A DNA stretch of 44,191 nucleotides, the filler included, from Catajapyx aquilonaris (lineage: Eukaryota), in assembly GCA_000934665.2 (NCBI GenBank). It is 2 parts of 2 records of this genome, joined end to end, with 100 filler letters (N's around TTAATTAATTAA, not from the genome) between each part and the next. Parts side by side here need not be neighbours in the genome. Positions count along the whole stretch, not along the records: positions 1 to 22,035 come from JYFJ02005926.1; 1 more part is not named here. The stretch is one strand, 5' to 3'. Within the stretch, counting starts at the first letter, position 1, and every line of letters begins with the position of its first letter. The notes under the pieces are model-generated. The model searched no databases. It was given only the letters and a program-made list of their open reading frames with translations, and was not told the DNA's origin. Below are positions 1 to 11,360 of this stretch, one piece after another. The position numbers were made by a program, and so were the translations under genes.

Positions 1-203
1 CCCCCCCACGGTCACCTCCTTTCGAATCCAACATCATATGCAGTATCCACGATATTTCTACTGATACAGATGTGAACTCAATTCACAATAGGGTGTAATA
101 ATACCAGTAGGGTCATATCCTGGGGAGTATCATTTATTGTAGAGGGGATCATTTGGTCTCTACAATCTAGCCACTGACCATAAGATATTCTGCCTCTGAT
201 ATA

Positions 204-622
204 CAGGGTGTATCAGAGTCATCAGGTTGAACGGGTTTTTAGCCTTGCTGGTTGCACTGAAAAAGGCGCTCTCATGCTACACCGGCGGAGTACTGAACAC
301 ACCACTGTACAGTAGTACACTACTTCATTCAGTATCCTGCCGGTGTAGCATGAGAGCGCCTTTTTCAGTGCAACCCGCAAGGCTAAAAACCCGTTCAACC
401 AGCTTCAAACACGTTCAAACCCTGCACTCTTGCCTTGCATTTGCCGTGCCGCCAGGTTCAATTCAAACAGAAAGGACGTGACATCACGCCATACGGCCGT
501 AATAAATAAATTGATTACTGCCGTATTTCTAATTCTTTTATAAAACCGACCGGGGTAGTCGCCACCTGCGATTTTTCCCCACCCCCTCGCGTGCGCTTGA
601 CCCGTGACTCTGATACACCCTG
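204..622. mobile_element. Tc1/mariner-type MITE with internal palindrome
   Basis: TIR CAGGGTGTATCAGAGTCA at 204 and its reverse complement ending at 622, flanked by TA on both sides; internal near-perfect inverted repeat 225-400 with ~70-bp arms. Confidence 0.8.
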
Positions 623-1077
623 TATAGTATAGCATATCCTGGAAGATTTGTATCCAACTGCAGAAGCAGTGCAGAGGGAAAGTCTGGTCTCTCTCATTTG
701 ATAAGGACACACATGCCACTAGATCATGGCTTACTTTTGGTTCACTGCTCTGCTCTGACGGCCCAAGTTAAAACCCTGCATCTTCGAAAATCACGTAAAT
801 GGAGATAAATACACCACTGCACTACTCTTTGCAAGCCACCCTGTTGGTACAAAGCCTGTAACTGTAGGAGCAACCCTTGCAAAGGTTTGGTCAATTGAAA
901 TCATACACTTCCATTATATGATAACTAGCTGCGATACCCGGCATTGCTCTGAAAGAAATGAATGGAAAGCAAGCTGAAAAGGACAGGCAAAAAAAATACA
1001 TGTAATTAAGAATCTGGATATATATCGATATGAATAAAGACGTCTGGATATATCTGGATATGAAAATTGATATAGTA

Positions 1078-1987
1078 CGAGGGGTGTTCAAGTCATTCCA
1101 GGACTTTTTTTTTTAACAACTCATACACAAGTGACACAGGTGTCAAACTTATACCACACCTTCCTTCAACTGTCTTGTATGTTCAGTCAAGGGCCAGTCT
1201 CCGTAAACAGTAATGTGTGAGAGAGAAAAAAAATGGCGTCGGATGGTGTCAGCGCCGTAGTGGGACAGCGCGTTATCGTTAAGTTTCTGGTAGCGGAAGG
1301 CATCAAAACATGGGATATTGTCACCAGACTAAGGAGACAGTATGGGGAGGATACCCTGAGCAGATCGGTGGTGTACGAGTGGGCTGCACGATACAAAGGC
1401 TGCCGCAAAAGTGTGCTTGATGATACGGGACATGGTGGGTCGGCACCGAGTGTGGTGACGCCACCGAACATCAAGCATGTGGAGGGTTTAGTGCTCAGTA
1501 ACCGTCGCGTTAACTGTTCGTGGACTTCTGCAGATGACAGGAATCAGTTGTGGCAGTGTTGAAACTATTCTGCATGAACACCTTCACGTCTCTAAGGTGT
1601 CTGCAAGGCATTATTCTACTGCAGGACAATGCCCGCCCCCACACAGCCCATATTACCATGAACAAAATTCGCACACTCAGTTGGACCACTATTCCTCACC
1701 TGCCATACAGCCCAGACCTCGCCCCCAGCGATTTCCACCTTTTTGGGCCTTTAAAAGAGCATTTGTCATCGAGACGAATGAGGCAGTGCAAGAAGCTGTC
1801 CTGGCGTGGCTGAGGAGGGGGGAACTCTCATTCTATGCTGCTGGGATACAAGCACTTATACATCAGTGGGGAAAATGTTGTGCTGTTGCTGGGGACTATG
1901 TCGAGAAATGACCAAGGTTTGACACCTGTGTCACTTGTCTGTGATATGTTAAAAAATAAAGTCCGGGAATGACTTGAACACCCCTCG
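1078..1987 (+). mobile_element. Mariner (DD34D) transposon, internally deleted
   Basis: ~70-bp TIRs (CGAGGGGTGTTCAAGTCATTCC...), TA TSD at 1076-1077 and 1988-1989, and transposase remnants inside. Confidence 0.95.
1233..1911 (+). pseudogene. Mariner transposase pseudogene (frameshifts, central deletion)
   Basis: HTH-like QRVIVKFLV..YGEDTLSRSVVYEW, then ETILHEHLHVSKVSAR joined directly to IILLQDNARPH..PYSPDLAPSDFHLF..QWGKCCAVAGDYVEK across three frames; the segment with the first catalytic Asp is missing. Confidence 0.92.
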
Positions 1988-2340
1988 TATATAGACATAC
2001 TGCCAATAGCGGTTGTTATCTTAGAGCTTGCTGGTACACATCATTGGTCGTCTTTCCACCAGGTGCCAATAAAAAAATATTGTTGCTTGCCCCCACTCTG
2101 GAGAATGCAACATAAAGCTATCCATGGGAGAAGCAGGGTGTAGTTACGTCAACTCCTGCCACCAGAAAGGACTGTCCCTGGGCTTTGTTAATCGACATTG
2201 CTAAGCATAGTTTGAGAGGAAACTGAAGTCAGTTGAACTGATATGGGACATCTGTGGGAATCATGTGTATTCTGGGAATGAAGACTTTCTCATATTTGGC
2301 ACAGCCAGTCACAGTTTTAGGAAGGCCGGGTTGGAAGGAC

Positions 2341-2472
2341 GGGAGAGGTTGGAGGTTTAGGAGGCGGACCACAGATGGCAGGCAAATGATGGTTGGCGTT
2401 CCAGGCGGGAGATGGTGGAGGTCTAGGAGGCAGACCACAGATGGCAGGCAAATGACGGTTGGCGTTCCAGGC
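2341..2472. repeat. Two-copy 66-bp tandem repeat
   Basis: GGAGGT(T/C)TAGGAGGC(G/A)GACCACAGATGGCAGGCAAATGA(T/C)GGTTGGCGTTCCAGGC at 2351 and 2417. Confidence 0.85.
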
Positions 2473-2474
2473 AG

Positions 2475-2525
2475 TCTGGCAGACAGACAGACAGACAGAC
2501 TCACAAACGGCTTTATTGATATAGA
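2475..2525 (-). mobile_element. Putative 5' end of a Lep1-like Helitron with (CTGT)n
   Basis: Minus strand reads A|TCTATATCAATAAAG...(TCTG)n, resembling 5' ends of insect non-autonomous Helitrons; 3' end not located. Confidence 0.4.
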
Positions 2526-2667
2526 TGGAAACAAAAAACTTGAAACGCAAATATCTGGAAATGACGAAAAGCCGAGATACAGGGTTTTGACTTGGGCCGT
2601 CAGAGCAGTGGTATGCATTTGGCATTTGAATTGGGGTTAGATTTTACTTGAGCTGATATTGATTATA

Positions 2668-3739
2668 CATGGTGAAGGGAAACTCGCGGACAATCGCCAG
2701 GTAGACTGATAGTACTCGCAAAACTATTGTAGGGACTCGCTTTGCTCGGTGGGGGGGCTTAGCCCCCATGGGGCCTCGGCCCACTTGTGCACCTTCAGCG
2801 CGAATTGGTCAGGTCGCGGGCAGGTCCCCCGCGGTCTCCATAACTGTGAGAGGCCTTGTGGGAGGTGCACCAAGCTGCCCCCACGACCGCCAGTCTCCAA
2901 TGCGAACACAGCACATGTTTTTACGCGAAAATTGGTCGGAGTGAGGGCTCATCCACCACTGACATCACCGCTACAGGTGAGGACCATCTGAACCTCAGAC
3001 ATATCATTCACACGGAAGGTTTGAGCCGAGATTGGAACCAGACAGCAGCGGGAGTGAGGGTTGGGTGGCGGATGGGTGGGTGTGCTATTGTTCACCAGGG
3101 CTTCTATATAATCCCTGGCTTAGCTACCACATGGCCAAGTCCAGCAATGTAAAAATTCGTTTTGTGGCTATATCTAGAAAACAGCTGGGAAATTTGCGAT
3201 TATGAGGATTTTTGTCAAGACTAATTCAGGGGAAAGGAATCCAATGGTGTTACTCCGAGATCTCTGCAACGGCGGGAAGTGCGAAATCTTTTCCATCCTA
3301 TATCCTCCTCCTCTTCTTCCTCCTATATCCTTGGAGAGGGGCTTTATACAGTATATACACTTGATGTGCAATTAGTTTTTGGCTCCATTGCGTAGTTAAT
3401 GCATATGGTGCCTTTAAAGTGTAGAGGGCCGGATGGCAAAATGTGAGGTAAAAACGACAAGTGCACGGGTGTCGTACCCGGATTCTTACTCTGACGGGAT
3501 TTGATCACTTATTGCACATGGAGGACGTGTTACAAGCCCAAGGCCGGATTATTGGGAGGCCCTCGATCTGACTTTTGCTTCTTTGAAACTGGCGGAACGG
3601 ATGTGACGTCACGAAACTTGGACAGCGCCGTACGCATTAACTATGCAACGGCGCCCAAAACTAATTGCACATCCCTAAATTAATTTTACGAGTACTATCA
3701 GTCTACTTGGCAATTGTCCACAAGTTTCCCTTCACCCTG
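2668..3739. mobile_element. Tc1-type MITE with ~115-bp TIRs; left TIR interrupted by an insertion
   Basis: TA-flanked; CA(T/G)GGTGAAGGGAAACT...GTACTCG.AAAA at 2668 plus TGTGCAATTAGTTTT at 3365 together match the reverse complement of ~3625-3739. Confidence 0.85.
2736..3364 (-). mobile_element. Helitron-like non-autonomous insertion
   Basis: Inserted between host A and T without a long TSD; the minus strand starts TC and ends with hairpin GGGGGCTAAGCCCCC followed by GAGCAAAGCGAG. Confidence 0.55.
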
Positions 3740-4287
3740 TATTGGTATTCAGTCTTGATAATGGTGCCTATAGAGGAACAATGTATTATTTTAAGAGATG
3801 GATAGGTGTGAAGAAGTAATGCTGTACCCTGTAAATTATTGGAATCCTGCTACAAGAAATGTTCTTCATCAGCAGCAAAGAGAAACTTTTGGGCAAATGA
3901 CAATGGTAAATTTTGGAACATCTAATGTACACAGCATAATTATTGGACATGAGTTTGTCTGATTTCAACTTATTCTGGAAAGTGAAGTAGCCCTTCTGAG
4001 ACAAGCATTTACCGAGTGTAGGCAGCATAATTTCTGGTTTAGGACAGCGTCTAAAGATATTGTCCGAAAATGATGTGACCAATAACTTGATTGGCTTCCA
4101 GGAATTTGGAAATGGGTGGTTTAATTGCCTGGGGATGTCAGGGGACTGTGACTTAATGGTATGAGCCTTTTCATATTGTAATAATTGCAGTACTATTGCC
4201 ACATTGGAGAATTACGCATGCATTTTATTAAGTAAGTAAATAGGAAGTATATGTTTTGTGACCTTCCTCCTTGATTAATTTTTCCAG

Positions 4288-4511
4288 ATTGAACTTCGCA
4301 ATTTGCGTGAGACTCTTGAAATTGAAAAAGAGGGATGGATGAACACCTACATGAAGAAGGTGGAGAAGAGGTTAATGGGGAAGGAAATCACCATTCGTGA
4401 TATGTGCAGGAAAGAGCGAGACAAGGAGATTGAGAAAGCAATTGAGAAATTGGAAACTGAAGCAACTATGAGTAAAAATGAAAGTGATCAGGTGTCTGAC
4501 AGCCGACTCAA
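4288..4511 (+). CDS. CEP131: Centrosomal protein 131 (AZI1/dilatory) internal exon
   Basis: AG/GT-bounded; IELRNLRETLEIEKEGW..RKERDKEIEKAIEKLE..DSRLK matches the recalled CEP131 C-terminal coiled coil (RKGRDKEIELVIHRLE..ESRIK). Upstream exons not found in the window. Confidence 0.88.
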
Positions 4512-4585
4512 GTAAGAATGACTTTTCTGACTATCCACATTGTTCTCACACAAGAATCTTAGTGTAACTGAATGTACATGAGCAG

Positions 4586-4757
4586 GAGACTTCAAGGAAA
4601 ATATGAAGCAGAAATACGTGAAATGGAAATTAGTGAGCACGGAGTGAGGCAGCGGTTGTGTGAAAGCAAGGCCAGGTTGATGGAAAGGGAGGAGGAGCTT
4701 GCAACTGTGAAAACTAATTTGCACCAAAAGGAAGCAGAATACATGGCTATGAAAAAG
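4586..4757 (+). CDS. CEP131: CEP131 exon
   Basis: Phase-2 join AA|G gives KRLQGKYEAEIREME..RLCESKARL (cf. KRLRDKYEAELSELE); GT donor at 4758. Confidence 0.88.
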
Positions 4758-4812
4758 GTAAAAATGGGTGATATTTTGATGTATCTATATTTGCCTGTTA
4801 ACAGTTCTCATG

Positions 4813-4974
4813 TAGTTTTGGACATTAATCGAATCATGCTGCTAGTGACATTTTCCGAAGTGGCAGAAGAAGGAATCGAAGATAAGGATAGTGCAAGCCG
4901 GGCGTGCAAGATTCCTTCTTCTGCCGCTTCGGAAAATGTCACTAGCAGCATGCCTCGATTAATGTCCAACACTG
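4813..4974. mobile_element. Short palindromic MITE in CEP131 intron
   Basis: Near-perfect inverted arms of ~65 bp (TTGGACATTAATCGA..GCTGCTAGTGACATTTTCCGAAG..GAAGAAGGAATC and its reverse complement). Confidence 0.75.
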
Positions 4975-5277
4975 TACTTGACATTGGTTCATTTTAGAAG
5001 AATGAATCATGGCAAGAAGTCCCAAGGAGCATTCTTCTAGCCAGTTTTACACTAATAAAAGCACATTTCACTCCTGAACAATTCATTTTGTCACAGGCAG
5101 TAACAGTATATTCATCCAAGAGTAATTCTAGGGTGGTTCCAAAAGTAATGCCTGTAATATTTGTCTCTTGAGTGGGAAGTTACATTAAGTAGGTGACTGA
5201 CCCAATGGAACAGTCCTCCTGTTTACTGTATATCTCACTTCTTGGTGGACCACGGTTAGAAAATCCATTTCTTGTAG

Positions 5278-5495
5278 GTCTCAGATCGACTTCAGCAAGA
5301 GCGTTCTAATTTAGATGCCATCATAAAAGAAGAGTACAAAAGTAAAATTGCTAGTCTGGAAGCCAAAATTACAAAGGTAAATGTGGAAATAGCAGAACTG
5401 ATGGCACAGAATCAAATCCAAATGGCTGCTGCTGAAAAAGAAAAGGCCGCACTGCAGAAAGAAAAAGAAAAAGAATTAGCAGAAATCCACAAGAG
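5278..5495 (+). CDS. CEP131: CEP131 exon (ends at a GC donor)
   Basis: VSDRLQQERSNLDAIIKEEY..ELAEIHKR; the frame continues into the last exon only through AG|GCAAGT. Confidence 0.85.
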
Positions 5496-5860
5496 GCAAG
5501 TATGATTGATTAAAGGGACACTTTCATACGATGCAGTATTTGCTGGGAATTATGTACAAAGGTAGTGAAATGGGTAGGTGGATGCTGACTTCCAAATCCT
5601 CGAGCTCCCAGTCTTAAGTCCTAAAGCTAGGATTGTACTCTTGATATTTAGTTACCATATCCATCACCCAGTGCACCACCAGCAAATGGAAAACTTATAT
5701 AACCCTTTCATTCCCAAATTTTTTGGGCTGTTTCTTCTCTTTTTGAGAAAAGTTTGTAGTAGGCCTAGGATATTAATGAAAAACAATATGCTTCAATATT
5801 GATCATTTTTACTCGTGGTGGTCCTTTGGAATGTAAAATGCCGAAAACATTCACCTGGGA

Positions 5861-6631
5861 CAGGGTGTTCCAGAAAATTTTTTAAATGAAATTAACCTTA
5901 AATGTAATTAAATTAATTTTATATTTTATATTCACTATAAAATTGTTCCTATGGTTACATAATAATACTAAAACCAGCCCTATGACACTCCTCGAATACG
6001 GTAGTGTAATAACTGTGTCACATCGTTCGCTAAGACGCCATCTTGTGCAAGGTGCAACTCCTGTGGTAGGTAGCGGGTAGTCTGCCGCGATTGGCTGGAT
6101 CATTCATTCCTTCCCCAGACTTACCACTAGAGTGCACCTTGAAAAAGATGGCCGATAGCGAACGATGTAGCGCTGCCAGCGCCAAATTTCCAGCCTGGTG
6201 ATCACACAGTAATATAATAATAATATAATATAATATAATATAATATAAATATAATATCATACCCCGTTATCAGCCGGCAGCTCTTTAGGGGGGAGTTTTT
6301 GTTTTGACTGGAACTCTTTCTTTGCATTTTTACTTCGCTTTTGGGGATAGGATAGGGACGGAAGGAAGCGGCTGTGGCCTATTATTTTAGGAAACAACCC
6401 CGGCATTTACCTGGAGGGACCGTGGGAAACCACAGAAAACCACAGTTAGGGTTGCCGGCCCCGGGGATCGAACCCAGGACCTCCTGATTAGCAGTCGCCA
6501 CCACTGCTTCGGTACGATCACACAGTAATTAAACTACCGTATCCATACAACTAGGGGGGAAGTGACAGGGGGCTGACTAAAACACTGTACTGTGAGAAAT
6601 TCCTAAGAGTCCAGACTTATGGGACACCCTG
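5861..6631. mobile_element. Tc1-type MITE (CAGGGTG termini) with a nested SINE
   Basis: CAGGGTGTTCCA at 5861 and TGGGACACCCTG|TA ending at 6631; left TA not preserved. Confidence 0.55.
6214..6515 (-). mobile_element. tRNA-derived SINE
   Basis: 14-bp TSD GATCACACAGTAAT (6200-6213, 6516-6529), B box GGTTCGATCC on the minus strand, and a (TATTA)n tail. Confidence 0.85.
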
Positions 6632-6961
6632 TAATTACGCCACAGGGTGGGGGTTGTTTACCTTTCAAGGGCGTGAGCTAAATATGACAATCCGACTTTG
6701 TGGGTGCTGAGTCACCATCCACTAGATGGCAAAAGAAGTTTGAACCACAAACTTTGCCTTCTGCATGCGAACGCTTTGCCTCCAGATTAATATATTGTTG
6801 CCATATGGCTACAGTGGGAATGAAAGGCTTAACCCTTTGTGCAAAATTCGATGTAGGAGTGATATTAATGAATAACAATAATAATAATTCGTGGTGGTCC
6901 TTTTGAGTGTAAAATGCCGGGAAAAATTAATCTACAGGGTGTCCCAGAAATAAATTTCTTA

Positions 6962-8108
6962 GGGCCGATTTCTCGAACAGTGGTTCAAATGTAAACAAGG
7001 TTCAAATCCGGTTTGAACCCAGTTCAGAGAAATTTCCATTTCTCGAGGCAAAAGTAAACCATGGATATGGTTTAAACTCGGTTCACATCTGACGGCCCAA
7101 TTGCCGGCCATTTTCGGAAATAAACCGGTTTGGAATGCCGGGAACAACAATGAAAGGTGTGATTTTTTGACTAGTTGCCGACGTTACTCCGCAAAATGAG
7201 TTTTTATGGCACTTTTCGGATACCAAAAAATTCCCCCTGGGAACCATAGATAGTGCAAATCTTTGTCTTTCTAATGATATATTTGAAACTTAGAAATCGC
7301 AACTATGTGTAATCATAATTAAGTTAATTGCACACCTCAGTTATCTCGGCCGTTTCTCATCCGAATTACTTTGCACATGTATCGACGGCAAGCCAGAAAT
7401 GTGAGTGATAAAATTACATTGTGCTCTATTACACTAAAATTTTTAAGTATTGTTTTACTCGTAGTAAGTTTAATAGACAAGTACTCAGCCCGATTTCTGG
7501 CGGGAATAGACGGTGATACTTTTAAATACGTTTAAAAATTTTAGAGTAGCACTATGTAATTTTATCACACACATTTCTGGCTTTCCGTTGGTACATTCGC
7601 GAAGTAATTCAGATTAAAAAACGGCTGAGATAACAGAGGTGTGCAATTAACTTAATTATGATTACACATACGTAGTTGCGATTTATAAGTTTCAAATATA
7701 TCATTAGAAAGACAAAGATTTGCACTATTTATGGTTCACAGCAGGAATTTTTTGGCCTCCGAGAAGTGCCATGAAAAATTCATTTTGCGGCGTAACGTCG
7801 GCAACTAGTCAAAAAATGTCACTTTCAAATGCGATGTCCCTCACTCCACCTTCGAGACTTGCTGACCAGAGTTTGTTTACAAGCCGGTAAAGACTCGCGC
7901 TGAAGCTCAGACCGGGTCGGGGAAATGGGGAGGACGCGACATGTGGCAACAGCGCAGTTCTAACCGAGGCTTGTCGTTCACATAGTAACCGAGGGTTTGT
8001 TTAAGCTCGAGAAATACGCACACTCGGAAGGGGAGTTTAAACTGAATCCAGCGTGTAGACTCAAACTCAGTTCAAACTGACTTGAACCACTGTTCGAGAA
8101 ATCGGCCC
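6962..8108. mobile_element. PIF/Harbinger-type MITE
   Basis: Perfect TIR GGGCCGATTTCTCGAACAGTGGTTCAA with TTA TSD at both ends. Confidence 0.88.
7152..7826. mobile_element. Foldback-like palindromic MITE nested in the Harbinger element
   Basis: ~300-bp inverted arms starting GAAAG..ATTTTTTGACTAGTTGCCGACGTTAC; flanks CAAT/AAAT may be a degenerate 4-bp TSD. Confidence 0.85.
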
Positions 8109-8305
8109 TTAGAATCGTCTGGTCTCAGAATGTCGATTGGCCTAACAAGTTTACTCAGTCACTATATACATTGTTATTATGGTTACATAATATTACCACA
8201 ACCACAGATTAGATTGGGATTGGTTATAATTTTTCATTCTTATGAAAAATTCTCACTACCTTGTCTGCATTTTTTAAGAATCTTGATCCTGGGTTAATTC
8301 TTATA

Positions 8306-8552
8306 TAAATAAATAAAATAAATCCGGGTAGTGCTTGGACCCCTCTTGGGGTATTGCACGGACCTTGATTTACTAACTTGTACAACGTACACGATTGGAA
8401 CCTTTGACGAAGTGCCCGGGCCCACGGGCAGGATGACAGGAGGGGATGTGCAATGTGCAGTGCAATGTCTTAAACATGGCCATTTTTAGTGAACTCCCCT
8501 GGGTGGTTTAGTTTGTTGGAAATACCACCCGAGACGAAGCCAGAGGTGACCC
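8306..8552 (-). mobile_element. Retroposed insertion (SINE-like, possibly 5'-truncated)
   Basis: 15-bp TSD GGGTTAATTCTTATA (8291-8305, 8553-8567) and a (TAAA)n tract at one end. Confidence 0.7.
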
Positions 8553-8880
8553 GGGTTAATTCTTATAAATCACATGTCTATTTTTCCTTGCCTGTGTTCA
8601 TCATGCATATCTTGTTTGAACATTCCACATGGAACAAATGTGTTCTGGAGATCAGCTATCAATCAGAATGCATTGTTTGAGTCAGTTATCTTCTGAGCTT
8701 TCATGAAGCAAGCCAAATACCTGAGCTAAAGACTTGCAAAAGTTGACTACTCACCACCTCTCATCCTCACTCGCAATTCTCCATACTCCTGCTACACTGT
8801 AGTACACTACCACTTTTTTTTCTCTCCCACCCCTTTTTCTAGCATTATCTACAAACCATAATTATCTAATGTGATTTCAG

Positions 8881-9013
8881 GGTCAAACGTACTATGGCAA
8901 AGAAGGATGATGCCATGACTGAAATGAAAAAGCAACATGATATTATTTTGCAAAAGTGCCATCACCTGGAAAGCCTTCTGGAGCAGCAGCGGCGTGATTT
9001 CTTACTCAAGTGA
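8881..9013 (+). CDS. CEP131: CEP131 last coding exon
   Basis: RVKRTMAKKDDAMTEMKKQHD..CHHLESLLEQQRRDFLLK* (cf. RVKTALARKEEA..ADHLEELLEQHR); stop TGA at 9011-9013. Confidence 0.88.
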
Positions 9014-9992
9014 TTCATCTCAAGAATACTACAAAGTATTGCAATTTCCGTCCAATGAACTTGATTGTTCTGTGATAGATTGTCTTTCTCATGTGCAGTG
9101 CTACCTCTACCCATGCTTATACAGAGTTGTCAGTAACTCCCAGCATTATTTCACGCAGGGTAATTCCTTGACATAATCTCAGACCCAAATTCTCTGCCTA
9201 ATTTCTGGAATGGATGCTGCACTGCAGCTTGCAGTTCGAAGTTAGGTACATTTTGTTAGCATTGCTAGAATAAGGAGTATCCTTTACAGCCCACCACATG
9301 TGTAGCATCCCTGCTTGATGGGTAATATGGGTAATCCTTGTGAGATATTTCCTACATCTCCCCAATGCCAACTAATCGAAACTTAATTGCCACTGCTTGT
9401 TATAACTTTGCCTCGCAGCCGAAAATACAGTATCTTTTATTTTAGAATAGACTAGATTTCCCTATCTGAAACTATTCTGGGAATTACTGACCACCCTGTA
9501 TGAAGGATGTAACAAGTGAATGTTTTTTCTTGGTTGTTTTTATCTTGTGTGACTGGAGACCACTGCAAGGTGACCAGAGTGGCAAAGGTGACAGAGAACT
9601 TTTTAAGTCGCAAGTCTGCCCATGATCAGATTGAACATAATTTAGATCTAGATTATAATAATTTGGAATATTTTGAATCATTCACTTATGAATTCAAAGG
9701 CATCTAGTCTTTTTGTTGTCAATCTTGCATTGACAACTGAAGTGATCTCATACCAATTTTGGAGCTTAAATACTCAATTTTCTTAAATGAAATCAAGAAT
9801 TAAGGTTGTAGGGTTACATGCTCATGACCAGACTTATGCTCTAGGTCAGTGGTTCCCAAGAAGGGTGCTGAGGCCATCATGTAGGGGTGCTGCAGATAAA
9901 ATGAGTGAAAGAGAAAAGGAAGATTAATGAATATAATGGGAGTAGAAAGTTACATACATTGGTAACAGTTTATATTGTGGATTTTATTTATA

Positions 9993-10196
9993 CAGGGTGT
10001 TCCAAGTTCGGGGGTCACTTCTTGATAACTGATATCGCCCAATAGCAGTTATTTTTTGTAGATTGTTGTGCCCCTAACCATGGGCCCATTCTATAACTAC
10101 TGCTATATTCAATAGGGGCACAACAAGCTACAAAAAATAACTGGTATTGGGCGATATCAGTTATCATGAAGTTACCCCTAAACTTGGAACACCATG
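9993..10196. mobile_element. Palindromic Tc1-type MITE
   Basis: TA-flanked ~85-bp inverted arms CA(G/T)GGTGTTCCAAGTT...TTGTTGTGCCCCT. Confidence 0.85.
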
Positions 10197-10262
10197 TATT
10201 TATAATTTTATATCATGAGTGTCGTAATACTGGTTGAAATGTAATGCAAACTTTTTTTACTA

Positions 10263-10988
10263 CAGTTGAATCCATCTATAACGAATTTGAAGGGAACCAA
10301 ATTTTCTTTCGTTATATGCGAAATTCGTTATATAAAAAATGCGTTTAAACCTCACTCGATATTTAGCCCTGGTAGCGGGAAAAATAGTTTGAAAATTCTT
10401 CCGCGCTAAATTAGATTATCTCGCAAAGCACGGCGCAAACGCGACAACAATAAGCTACAGAAAACACCGGAGGACTGCACCAGATGTAGGCCACGCCCTT
10501 CTCCTTTTCCGCTCGCTCCCTCATCCCACCTTTTAGGCACATATGATAAGTCCGCATCTGGGAATTCCGTTCCCGATGTGATTCATTTTGCTGCTCAAAT
10601 TTCTGATGAATTTTCCCAGGCCTAGGGGAGCCACGTGCTAGCAATAAATCCAGTGGACAGCTCTGAGTCACTGTGCGACAGCCCTCCCCCTCCCCCCCCC
10701 CCTCCCAGAGAATCCTTTCCCTTCCATTAGGACCCCAAATTATCAACTTTTGGACGGAATGTGTGGAAAACTGTTGAATCCCGAACACACAGATGGGGAT
10801 TTATGGCCCAATTTGCCAACTTCCGACCTTTTTCGACCGAGAGGTGGGACTGGATTTTTTCATTATTTGCGAACCGAAACTCCTTTCGTTAAAAGCTGAT
10901 ATTTTTAACATGGGTTTATATGGGGCCTCTGACGGTCACAAATTTTCTTTCGTTATAAGCGGATTTTCGTTATCGAGGGATTCGACTG
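10263..10988. mobile_element. pogo/Tigger-type MITE
   Basis: TA|CAGTTGAATCC.TC.ATAACGAA ... TTCGTTATCGAGGGATTCGACTG|TA, with subterminal TTCGTTAT repeats. Confidence 0.8.
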
Positions 10989-11360
10989 TATTTCACTTTT
11001 CACTATGAAATGTTGCTTACAGTGACTGTTTGCAAGAAGTATTACTCTGACAAGTGAGTGTAAAGTTAAGGGTGCCGTGAGCAAAAAAAGGTTGGGAACC
11101 ACTGCTGTCATCTGTCGTCTGTCATAAATTATGCCATCTTCATGATGAGATGAGATAGGCTATGGTTACACTTTCCAAAATCAAAAGCTAAGACGCAGTT
11201 GAAAGCAAAAGGGATGCGGCCTCTAAGGCATGCCATACCACATATAAATCTGCACTATCTTCTCCCTACTTGTTTTGCCCAGGTTAATTTGTGTTCACCC
11301 ATCATATATCATTGTAGTAATTAGCAATAGTTCAGTGGCTTAATGCACAATTTTGACCAA

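Larger units (their letters stand above)
743..2610. mobile_element. Non-autonomous TIR element with CACTG termini, hosting the mariner insertion
   Basis: CACTGCTCTG(CTCTG)ACGGCCCAAGTTAAAACCCTGCATCT at 743 is inverted relative to AGATACAGGGTTTTGACTTGGGCCGTCAGAGCAGTG ending at 2610. No clear TSD; superfamily (CMC/CACTA-like) uncertain. Confidence 0.6.
9847..11104. mobile_element. hAT (Charlie-like) MITE hosting two TA-MITEs
   Basis: TIR CAGTGGTTCCCAA ... TTGGGAACCACTG; 8-bp TSD not preserved. Confidence 0.7.

Noticed and set aside
2229..2640. Overlapping 102-129-aa ORFs with repeated peptides; CRISPR-like repeat idea
   Set aside because: Caused by a two-copy 66-bp tandem repeat and a microsatellite inside a TE; no spacers, and the context is eukaryotic.
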